DNA of 64,000 nucleotides from an uncultured Brevinematales bacterium (GTDB lineage: Bacteria > Spirochaetota > Brevinematia > DTOW01): NCBI GenBank assembly GCA_964475465.1, contig CAYYXA010000068.1:23811-87810 (forward strand), read 5' to 3'. The translations under genes were made by a program, and so were the position numbers. This document shows positions 49,140 to 57,841 of the stretch, one piece after another. Below the pieces are notes generated by a model. That model worked only from the letters and a program-made list of their open reading frames with translations, did not search any database and was not told the origin of the DNA. The number at the start of each line of letters is the position of its first letter. Within the stretch, counting starts at the first letter, position 1.

Positions 49140-50876
49140 TTACTTTTTGCTTCCTAAAGTTGGGAAGAGAATAACTTCTCTTATAGAGTGCGAATTTGTT
49201 AGTATCATTACCAACCTATCGATACCAATTCCCTGCCCTGCCGTTGGCGGTAGTCCATACTCAAGTGCCGTTATAAAATCATCATCTTTCATTTGTGCTT
49301 CCTCATCTCCCATCTTCCTTTCCTTAAGCTGTTCGTCAAACCTCTTACTTTGCTCCTCCGGGTCATTTAACTCAGTATACGCATTTGAAACCTCAAACCC
49401 TGCTATAAAAAGTTCAAATCTTTCAACTAGATCACTATCTTCCCTATGTGTTTTCGCCAAAGGCGAAAGTATTTTAGGAAAGTCAATTACAAAAGTAGGA
49501 TTGATAAAATCTCCTTCTGAAACACGGTCAAATATTTTATCTATAACTTTGGGGTGTGTGAGTCTCTCTTCGTTTATCCCCAATTCCCTAGCAAGTTCCC
49601 TCGCCCTCTTCTCATCAAGGAAAAATTCCTTTCCCTTACCTGTCTTCTCCTTAAGATAATCAAAGTACCTAACCTTCCTAAACGGTGGTGTAAAATCTAT
49701 CTCATATTCACCGAATTCAACTTTATAACTTCCTCTTATTTCCTTAGCTAAGTATGAAAATAGATCCTCAGAAAATTTCATAAGGTCATTGTAATCCCAA
49801 TAGGCAACATAGAATTCCATCATCGTAAACTCAGGGTTATGATGTATATCTATACCCTCATTTCTAAAGTTTTTACCTATCTCGTAAACTCTATTAAAGC
49901 CACCAACAACCAACTTCTTAAGAAATAGTTCAGGCGCTATTCTTAAATAAAGCTGCTCATCAAGAGCATTATGATAAGTAACAAAAGGTTTAGCAGAAGC
50001 ACCACTAGCAATTTGATGAAGTATAGGTGTCTCAACCTCAATGAATCCCATTGAATTAAAGTAATCTCTTATCTTTTGTATTATCCTAGTCCTATTCACA
50101 AACACCTTAGCAACATCAGGGTTAGCTATCAAGTCTAAATATCTTTGTCTATACCTAACCTCAGGATCCTTAATACCATGCCACTTCTCAGGTAACTCAT
50201 GTAAAGATTTTGCTAAAATCTCAAATTTTTCGACTTCTACAGTCAGTTCACCCGTTTTCGTCCTAAACAATCTACCCTTAACGCCCAGTATATCACCAAC
50301 ATCTACGAAATCTTTAAAGAACGTGAATTTCTCTTCTCCAATAACATCAATCTTCACATATATCTGAATTCTACTTTCAGCATCCTTTATATGTGCGAAA
50401 ACAGCCTTACCTTGATCCCTTATAGTAACCACCCTACCAGCCAAAGAAATATGTTCATAATTTGGGTCAATGTCAAAAAGATTACAAACTTCACTTATTT
50501 TCTTAGAAGGGATATTTTCAAGGCTAGGGTCGTATTCCAAAGTCAAAACATCGTTCATTCTCTTCAGTCTACCCTTTACAGTTACAAAATCATTAGGTTT
50601 CACACTTTCAAAATCTTTCAAGAAATCATTCCTAACGAGCACCAAGATACTCTTCTCATCCTCAAGCCTAATTACTATCCCCTCGTCTGTTTTTGAGACT
50701 CTCTTTACAGTACCACCAAGGGCAATAGGAAAATCGTTCGTATCTAGTTCGTACTTTTGCCTAACCTCTGCTATTGAAGACTTAACATCAAATTTGTATG
50801 GGTATGGGTTTATCCCCATCTCTCTCAATTTCCTTATCTTCTCCTTTCTTATCAATGTTGTCTCCCTTTCACTCAT
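49140..50876 (-). CDS. lysS: Lysine--tRNA ligase, class II, with duplicated N-terminal OB-fold
   Basis: RYRQRYLDLI, FIEVETP, YLRIAPEL, FRNEGID..HNPEFT, ERFELF and GLPPTAGQGIGIDRL; extra 92-aa segment at the N-terminus. Confidence 0.96.
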   Translation of the reverse strand: MSERETTLIRKEKIRKLREMGINPYPYKFDVKSSIAEVRQKYELDTNDFPIALGGTVKRVSKTDEGIVIRLEDEKSILVLVRNDFLKDFESVKPNDFVTVKGRLKRMNDVLTLEYDPSLENIPSKKISEVCNLFDIDPNYEHISLAGRVVTIRDQGKAVFAHIKDAESRIQIYVKIDVIGEEKFTFFKDFVDVGDILGVKGRLFRTKTGELTVEVEKFEILAKSLHELPEKWHGIKDPEVRYRQRYLDLIANPDVAKVFVNRTRIIQKIRDYFNSMGFIEVETPILHQIASGASAKPFVTYHNALDEQLYLRIAPELFLKKLVVGGFNRVYEIGKNFRNEGIDIHHNPEFTMMEFYVAYWDYNDLMKFSEDLFSYLAKEIRGSYKVEFGEYEIDFTPPFRKVRYFDYLKEKTGKGKEFFLDEKRARELARELGINEERLTHPKVIDKIFDRVSEGDFINPTFVIDFPKILSPLAKTHREDSDLVERFELFIAGFEVSNAYTELNDPEEQSKRFDEQLKERKMGDEEAQMKDDDFITALEYGLPPTAGQGIGIDRLVMILTNSHSIREVILFPTLGSKK

Positions 50877-51121
50877 TCCTTCCTCCTCAACATTTTGAAA
50901 GGAAATTTTAAAAGATTAAAAGCCTTACTTTTAACTTACTGGGATCCAGGATGCTACCGAAAAATTCATAGCAAACTACTCAACTCTTCGGAACACATGA
51001 AAGCAAATAAATTAAGACACTATTAGATACAAACCTAAAGATATCAAGGCTTTCACATAATCACAGATTTATTGAATATCTTCGACTAGTTCTTTAAAAT
51101 ACACCTAGAAAGGGGGATTCT

Positions 51122-53659
51122 ATGAGATTAGACAAATTTCTTTTGATGCTTGCCGTAGGGTTATTCGCCGTAGTAAGCTGTGTACCTCCTGAGGTAGAAA
51201 AAAAGGAAGCCAAGGAGGAAAAAAAAGAATACGTACCTCAAGTAGTCATCGCTTCAGCTTTAAACGAAACAAATATTAGCGTTATTCTAAAATTCACACC
51301 ACCAGAAGACTTTGAATTCAAACCTGACATGTTCTTAATAAGGTCTGAAGTAGACACAAACAAAGTCATAAAAGTTATAGACGTAAAGAGATCTAAGAAA
51401 AAAGAACTACTCCTTACTCTTGAAAAACCAATAGATATTGTAGATATATGGGCAATAACATCCTACAAAGATCCTACATTCAAAAACAAAAGGTTCATAA
51501 ACTACGAAAGACTTCTCTACAAGTTCTATTCGGACAAACCTTTAGGGCATAACATCGAAAATGGTAAGAATGTTTTTAGAGTCTTTTCACCTAGAGCAAC
51601 AAAAGTATGGCTCGTCATTGCTGATGATCCCATTACAATGAAAAATAAGGTTGAGTACGAAATGAATAGGGATGAAAACGGAGTTTGGGAAGTAGCTGTT
51701 GAAGGTAAACTTTGGGGAAAGTACTACGGCTATAGAGCTGATGGTCCTAAGCATTTCACAGAAGCATTCGACCCTGAGCTCATAGTCTTTGATCCATATT
51801 CAAAAGCAGTTGCAGTTGAAAATTCTTACAAGCAAAAGGGTATGACTGTTATCATTGATACCTCCAAATATAACTGGGAAGGTGATACATTTGTAGGATT
51901 AAAGGCCGAGGATGCAATAATATACGAATCGCACATAAGAGACTTTACAGCTCATCCTTCTTCTGGTGTTCCCGAAAACATAAGGGGAACATATAAGGGA
52001 TTCATATACAAGGGTAAGGATGTAATTGGAGGTATAAACTGGCTTAAGTATCTAGGCGTAAATGCCGTTGAGTTCTTACCTATACATGAATCTGGAACAT
52101 ACGAACCACCATTTGGTGAACAAGTTGAGCACGCAGGTGCTGAAAAAGGTGCTACAATCGTCAACACATGGAACGCACACAGTAGGAATCATTGGGGATA
52201 CATGACATCTTGCTTCTTCGCTCCCGAATCTTATTACTCTTCTGGTGATTTAACTCCCGGTAAATACAGCGGATTAGGAGGCACTCAAGTAAACGAGTTT
52301 AAAGATGTAGTCAAAGCACTACACAAAGAAAAAATAGCTGTACTTCTCGACGTTGTCTACAACCACGTCTCCCAATATGACTACAATCCCCTAAAGAGAC
52401 TTGGAAAGAAATATTACTTCTTCTTGAATGATTTCCACGGATACGATGCTAGAAGTGGTTGCGGCAATGACTTTGACACTGCTAAACCTATGGCTAGCAG
52501 ACTAGTTGTTGACAGTGTCAAGTACTGGATGATCGATTACCACATTGACGGATTTAGGTTTGACTTAGCTACAATAATTGACTGGAAAACACATGAGAAG
52601 ATCATAAAAGAAGCCAAGAAAATTAACCCTGATGTTATATTAATCGCCGAGCCTTGGGGTGGTGGTAGAGGTGAGCCAAGAGATGGTGGTGGCTACACTC
52701 TTGAAGGATTCTCCAAAAGAGGAATGGGAGCATGGAACGATAGAATAAGAAACTTCATAAGAGGTGGTGCTTCAGCTTCAGCTAACCCATCTTCTGGCCT
52801 TGTTTTTGGAAAGGGTAATAACGATGAAATGAAAAAATATGTTCTCGGTTTCCTAAAGAAGCACGGTGGAGATTTCTATGAGAAAGGGCATAACGTCAAT
52901 TACGCAGAATCACACGATAACGAAACACTAGGAGACTTCATAAGAATAGGTACAGGTTATTATAAGCATAACCAAATAATAACTAACCGAACTGAGTTCG
53001 TAAAACTAACTGAGAAGCAACTTGCTCAGAACAAAATTGCTGCTCTTTTCCTTTTCACAGTTCAAGGAGCTATAATGATACACCAAGGGCAAGAATTTGC
53101 AAGAAGCAAGATAGTTGATCCCAACAGCCAGTGGCTAAAAGATTTCAAAGTAGATGAAAAAGGTAGATGGTACAGAGAAGTTACACTACCAAATGGAAAA
53201 ACAAAAAAGGTCATGTGGCCAGGTGGCAAAGCAAAACCAAATACCATTGACCATGACAGCTACGAAAAAGACGACGACACCAATTGGATCAATTATAACG
53301 AAGCTCTAAAGTTAGAAACTAACAAAGAATTAGTAGAATACTACAGAGGACTCATAGCAATAAGAAAGAATTTCAACGCATTCAGGAAAACACCTACTGA
53401 GAGTATCACATTCATAAACGCTAACGAAAAAATTTCACCAGCTCTAGGCTGGATATTACCCGGAAATGTAAACGATGACGGGAAAGATATAATTGTCTTA
53501 ATAAACGGCAACCAAACCTCTCAAGCAACTTTCACATTGCCAGAAGGTGAATGGGAAGTAATAGCAAATGACAAATCAGCAGGCTTAAAAAGTTTGGGTA
53601 CAGTTTCAGGTACAGTGTCTCTCAATCCTATTAGTGGAATGATATTAGTCAAGAAATAA
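51122..53659 (+). CDS. Lipoprotein pullulanase type I (GH13 debranching enzyme)
   Basis: Lipobox FAVVSC; FRVFSPRATKV; HWGY; DVVYNH; DGFRFDL; IAEPW; YAESHDN. Confidence 0.9.
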   Translation: MRLDKFLLMLAVGLFAVVSCVPPEVEKKEAKEEKKEYVPQVVIASALNETNISVILKFTPPEDFEFKPDMFLIRSEVDTNKVIKVIDVKRSKKKELLLTLEKPIDIVDIWAITSYKDPTFKNKRFINYERLLYKFYSDKPLGHNIENGKNVFRVFSPRATKVWLVIADDPITMKNKVEYEMNRDENGVWEVAVEGKLWGKYYGYRADGPKHFTEAFDPELIVFDPYSKAVAVENSYKQKGMTVIIDTSKYNWEGDTFVGLKAEDAIIYESHIRDFTAHPSSGVPENIRGTYKGFIYKGKDVIGGINWLKYLGVNAVEFLPIHESGTYEPPFGEQVEHAGAEKGATIVNTWNAHSRNHWGYMTSCFFAPESYYSSGDLTPGKYSGLGGTQVNEFKDVVKALHKEKIAVLLDVVYNHVSQYDYNPLKRLGKKYYFFLNDFHGYDARSGCGNDFDTAKPMASRLVVDSVKYWMIDYHIDGFRFDLATIIDWKTHEKIIKEAKKINPDVILIAEPWGGGRGEPRDGGGYTLEGFSKRGMGAWNDRIRNFIRGGASASANPSSGLVFGKGNNDEMKKYVLGFLKKHGGDFYEKGHNVNYAESHDNETLGDFIRIGTGYYKHNQIITNRTEFVKLTEKQLAQNKIAALFLFTVQGAIMIHQGQEFARSKIVDPNSQWLKDFKVDEKGRWYREVTLPNGKTKKVMWPGGKAKPNTIDHDSYEKDDDTNWINYNEALKLETNKELVEYYRGLIAIRKNFNAFRKTPTESITFINANEKISPALGWILPGNVNDDGKDIIVLINGNQTSQATFTLPEGEWEVIANDKSAGLKSLGTVSGTVSLNPISGMILVKK

Positions 53660-53667
53660 AAAATTAA

Positions 53668-53684
53668 AGGGGGGCTATCCCCCT
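53668..53684. terminator. GC hairpin after the pullulanase gene
   Basis: AGGGGG-GCTAT-CCCCCT, 8 nt after the stop, in A/T-rich flanks. Confidence 0.55.
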
Positions 53685-53818
53685 ATAAACTTAATAATCT
53701 AAAAACATTTTTAACACCCTTACCAACTACCGTAAGGCTAGGTAAAGATTACCTAAAGTTCACTTAACCTGCAAATCTTTCGCTGTTCTCTCCGAAAATT
53801 GAAGTAGGAGATGCAATT

Positions 53819-55384
53819 ATGATAACTTTTAAGTGTATGAAAAGTTTAAAAAAATCAACAATTCTCCTTTCCCTGCTTTTAGTAGCCTTTCCTTTATATG
53901 CTCAAATAGGAATATCTTCAAAATACCTAGAAGTTATAATGGACAACGCAAGTGGGAGATTTTTTGTTAAAACGCTAATAGGTGATCCTGACAACCCTAA
54001 TGATGATAAAAAGATAATTCTTTTCGACAAAATTCCACCTACAAGTTACCCCACACTATTCGTCGATGGTGATGGATTTGAGGTAGGCACAGAAGATGGA
54101 TACTTTGAGAATAGACCTTCAATTTCAAAAAACAAATTAACATGGGCATGGAGACCTAACAAGTACAGTAAAATAAAACTAATCCAGATAGTAGAAATTG
54201 TTACGAATATATTCACATTAAGAGATGATATCCTAAGAATAACATTTCTAGTTGTTAACGAAGATATTAAAGAACACGATGTTAACATCAGATTCATTTT
54301 TGATACTGTCCTAGGTGAATCGGAAAAAGCTCCATTTTTCATTCCTCCTTATGGCAAGATAGACAAAGAAACAGTCTTCTACGAAAACAACATGCCCACA
54401 ATTTGGTACTCATTTGATAAAATCGATAAACCTAAAATAAAAACGATGGGAATCTTATCAGGGTTAGAAGACGTAACAACTCCATCAATGGTAGTATTTG
54501 CTAACTGGAGAAAACTTAGCAAAACAAAATGGGATTATATACCTGAAGTCGGTTCAAGCTTCAGTGAGGGAATATTCGGCGTAAAAGATACAGCAGTAGC
54601 AGTATACTTTAAAAAGACAAGGCTTAAACCCCAAGAGATAGCAATATACTCAACAATGTATGGACTTTTTGGCGATACCATAAAAAAGATAGGAAACGTT
54701 TCTTTTTCCCTCTCCGTTCCTGAAATCGTCAAAAGCTTCCCCATAACAGTTTCTCTAACTGTAGAAAACAAAAGTCCAATAAAACTAAAAGACATCATAG
54801 CTAAGCTAATAATAGATACTAACACATTTTATACATCAAACTACATATTTACTCTATCAAACCTACCTAACGAGGATTATGCCTCTTTTTCGTGGAACAT
54901 ATTTCCCATAGGACAAGTTCAAGACGGTGAATATATGGCAAAAGTGTCATTTGAAGCTCTAGCTCTTTCTACCAACTTGTATGAGGAAATAAGTAAAAAG
55001 TTCACTGTTAGCTCAAGAACCCAAGAACAGGTAAAAACAGAAAATTTACAAGAAATAGGAATAAAACAAACAAAAATCTCAACAAATTACCAACTAGCTG
55101 AAACAAATTTTATTTTCGTTACCAATGTAGTAATGATAACTAATACAGTCACAGTAACCAACGAACTTGAAGATTGGAGTTACAAGGTCGGAGTAAAAAA
55201 GATAAACACACTGCTGGAAATGTTAAACGAAGAACTAGATAACTTAATCACAACATACCATTTAGCCACCTCAGAAGAAAATAAAAAAATAATTCAAGAA
55301 AAAATCAACCTAATAAAAAAACAAATAGAAATCGAGAAATCAAAAATAAAAGCTAAAGAACAAAAAGTTACCAATACCAAATAG
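53819..55384 (+). CDS. Exported hypothetical protein: beta-rich N-domain, Ig-like domain, TN-repeat linker, C-terminal coiled coil
   Basis: AGGAG SD, signal peptide ending PLYA-Q, beta-rich body, linker STNYQLAETNFIFVTNVVMITNTVTVTN and a helical tail. Confidence 0.8.
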   Translation: MITFKCMKSLKKSTILLSLLLVAFPLYAQIGISSKYLEVIMDNASGRFFVKTLIGDPDNPNDDKKIILFDKIPPTSYPTLFVDGDGFEVGTEDGYFENRPSISKNKLTWAWRPNKYSKIKLIQIVEIVTNIFTLRDDILRITFLVVNEDIKEHDVNIRFIFDTVLGESEKAPFFIPPYGKIDKETVFYENNMPTIWYSFDKIDKPKIKTMGILSGLEDVTTPSMVVFANWRKLSKTKWDYIPEVGSSFSEGIFGVKDTAVAVYFKKTRLKPQEIAIYSTMYGLFGDTIKKIGNVSFSLSVPEIVKSFPITVSLTVENKSPIKLKDIIAKLIIDTNTFYTSNYIFTLSNLPNEDYASFSWNIFPIGQVQDGEYMAKVSFEALALSTNLYEEISKKFTVSSRTQEQVKTENLQEIGIKQTKISTNYQLAETNFIFVTNVVMITNTVTVTNELEDWSYKVGVKKINTLLEMLNEELDNLITTYHLATSEENKKIIQEKINLIKKQIEIEKSKIKAKEQKVTNTK

Positions 55385-55463
55385 GAGGCTTTCAATACTA
55401 TCTCCCTTCTTTGAAAAATGATGAGAAAAAAAGTTAAAATTTCTAGCGTTTTTGGAGGTTTTA

Positions 55464-56270
55464 ATGGATATACTCAAATCCATTGTTATGGGAATTGTCC
55501 AAGGAGTAGCAGAATTTCTACCTATAAGTAGCTCGGGACACTTGGTTCTGGTTGACCATTATCTAAAAAACATGGGTAAAGCCACATTATGGTTCGATAT
55601 ATTACTCCACATAGCCACTCTTTTTGTAGTAATAACTTTCTTCTTCAATGAATTCATCATGTTACTCAAAGGAATGACAAAGTTTTACAAATTTTTTGAT
55701 GATTCCGAAAGCAAACTTTTTTGGCTAGTAGTTATAGCAACAATCTTTACAGTAATAGTAGCACTATTAGTCGAACCAATTGTGTCAGATATCGTCGAAT
55801 CCAATTACAAACTGGTTGGTGTAACTCTAATAATAAACGCTTTTATACTTCTGATACCGTACCTAATCTTCAACAAATCCCCCAAAGATTTAAACAACAT
55901 AAGTATATTAGATAGCGCTATCATAGGGATATTCCAAGGTATAGGAGTCATACCAGGAATATCAAGGTCAGGCATAACAATCTCCACTAGCTTATTAATG
56001 GGATTAGATAGAACAACAGCAGGTATATTCAGCTTCCTAATCTTCATACCTACAACAATAGGTGCTTTCGTTTATGAAACTTATAAATCCATAAGAGCCG
56101 AAGCTCACATAAATTTAGAATTCCAATTATCCTACATTATAGGTTTCGCAGTAGCATTTGCCGTAGGTTACCTATCTCTAGGATTACTCATGAAATTCTT
56201 AAAAGAAGGCAAACTATACATATTCTCAATATATTCATTCATTGTCGGTTTACTCGTACTAATCTTCTAA
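55464..56270 (+). CDS. uppP: Undecaprenyl-diphosphate phosphatase (BacA)
   Basis: GIVQGVAEFLPISSSGHL, LHIATL and PGISRSGITI; GGAGG SD before ATG 55464. Confidence 0.95.
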   Translation: MDILKSIVMGIVQGVAEFLPISSSGHLVLVDHYLKNMGKATLWFDILLHIATLFVVITFFFNEFIMLLKGMTKFYKFFDDSESKLFWLVVIATIFTVIVALLVEPIVSDIVESNYKLVGVTLIINAFILLIPYLIFNKSPKDLNNISILDSAIIGIFQGIGVIPGISRSGITISTSLLMGLDRTTAGIFSFLIFIPTTIGAFVYETYKSIRAEAHINLEFQLSYIIGFAVAFAVGYLSLGLLMKFLKEGKLYIFSIYSFIVGLLVLIF

Positions 56271-56335
56271 AAGAGGCTATACCTCTTCTTATAAAATAGA
56301 TTTTCTATTTACAAAAAAATTAAAATTCTTGATCT

Positions 56336-56989
56336 ATGAAAGACTTTGACAGGTTAGTTGAGATAGTGAAAGTTCTAAGATCTCCCAATGGATGCCCATG
56401 GGACAGAGCCCAAACACTTGAGAGTATTGTAGAAAACATAATAGAAGAAGCTTACGAAGTTGTCGACGGAATAAACAATAAAGATTACCATAAGATAAAG
56501 GAAGAAGTGGGGGATCTAATACTTCAAGGTGTATTCATATCTCAAATTGCAGAAGAGGAAAACAAATTTTCGTTAGAAGAAGTTCTCAAAGAACTTAACG
56601 GAAAGCTAATCAACAGACATCCCCATGTCTTTAAAAACGAAACTCTACCATCAACTACAGAAGAAGCTTTAAAGGTTTGGGAATCGAAGAAGAACGAAGA
56701 CGGAGATATATTCTCTCTCGTTCCTAATTCTTTACCCACTCTACTATACATATATAAAGTAACACAAAAAGCAAAGAGGAAAAACTTACTCAAGGTAAGT
56801 GAAAATGAGATTGTCAGTGAAATAAAAAGCAGAATACAAAACCTTGACATAAACAATAACGACGAGATAAGAGAACTAATTCTATATCTAGCTGTTTTAC
56901 TCGGTATAAGGAATGAGAGATCTGAAACAAAGATAAAAGAGAAATTCAAAAAAAATTTTTCAGTCTTATTAAGTAGGGAAGATGGGTAA
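56336..56989 (+). CDS. mazG: MazG family nucleoside triphosphate pyrophosphohydrolase with degenerate second domain
   Basis: LRSPNGCPWDRAQT, EEAYEV, EEVGDL, KLINRHPHVF and WESKK. Confidence 0.9.
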   Translation: MKDFDRLVEIVKVLRSPNGCPWDRAQTLESIVENIIEEAYEVVDGINNKDYHKIKEEVGDLILQGVFISQIAEEENKFSLEEVLKELNGKLINRHPHVFKNETLPSTTEEALKVWESKKNEDGDIFSLVPNSLPTLLYIYKVTQKAKRKNLLKVSENEIVSEIKSRIQNLDINNNDEIRELILYLAVLLGIRNERSETKIKEKFKKNFSVLLSREDG

Positions 56990-57758
56990 AATTGTATTTT
57001 TAGGCACCGGAACATCAACAGGAGTTCCATTAATAGGCTGCAAATGTGACGTTTGCACTTCTCAAAATCCCAAGAATAAAAGATTAAGAACATCATTATA
57101 CTTCGAGGACAAAGGCAAGAAAGTTTTAATAGATGTCACTCCCGATTTCAGAACACAAGCTTTGAATAATAACATAACCTACCTAGACGCTGTACTTATA
57201 ACCCACAGTCACGCTGACCATATAAATGGATTTGATGACATAAGGCAAATAAATTACTTGATGAAATGGAAAGAAATACCTGTTTTTCTAAACTTACCAT
57301 CATCACTAGAACTACAAATGAGATTTGATTACATATTCCGGGATACACCACAGTTAGGTGGTGGTAAACCAATAGTTAGGATACATGTATTAGAAGATTA
57401 CGATGAAATAATCCTAGACGAACTAAAAATAAAAGCATTTGTCTACTTCCACGGCAAAATCAAAGTTAGCGGTTTCCAAACAGATTTATTTACATACATA
57501 ACAGACTGTAGTTTCATACCTTTAGAAAGCTTGAAAATAATAAAAAATACTAAAATTCTCATCCTTGGTGCACTCAGATATTTACCTCACTCAACACATC
57601 TAACTATATCAGAAGCCATCAACTTAGTAAAGTACATAAAACCTGAAATAACATACTTAACACACATGGGACACGATATTGATTATGACAAACTTTACAA
57701 CGAACTAAAAGACAAAAACATATTTCCTGCATACGATGGACTAACAATAGAAATTTAA
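56982..57758 (+). CDS. MBL-fold metallo-hydrolase (PhnP-like)
   Basis: LGTGTSTGVP.IGC.C.VC, THSHADHING, YITDCS, HSTHL and THMGH. Confidence 0.92.
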   Translation: MGKIVFLGTGTSTGVPLIGCKCDVCTSQNPKNKRLRTSLYFEDKGKKVLIDVTPDFRTQALNNNITYLDAVLITHSHADHINGFDDIRQINYLMKWKEIPVFLNLPSSLELQMRFDYIFRDTPQLGGGKPIVRIHVLEDYDEIILDELKIKAFVYFHGKIKVSGFQTDLFTYITDCSFIPLESLKIIKNTKILILGALRYLPHSTHLTISEAINLVKYIKPEITYLTHMGHDIDYDKLYNELKDKNIFPAYDGLTIEI

Positions 57759-57805
57759 CAAAAACTAAAAGTTTTAAAGCACCTAACGAAAATTAATGTT
57801 GTTGG

Positions 57806-57831
57806 AAAGTAGGTACCGCATCTCCTACTTT
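57806..57831. terminator. Possible bidirectional terminator between convergent genes
   Basis: AAAGTAGG-N10-CCTACTTT(T) inverted repeat. Confidence 0.5.
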
Positions 57832-57841
57832 TGAGGGCTAC

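Noticed and set aside
49000-49154. 6S RNA, T-box or lysine riboswitch between lysS and argD
   Set aside because: I could not find the T-box, L-box or 6S central-bubble consensus by eye. It is kept only as an unclassified element pending an Rfam scan.
53772-53798. Sigma28-like sequence CAAATCTT-N11-TCCGAAAA upstream of the 53819 gene
   Set aside because: Spacing is right but there are several mismatches in both boxes, and the gene has no evident flagellar link; too weak to call.
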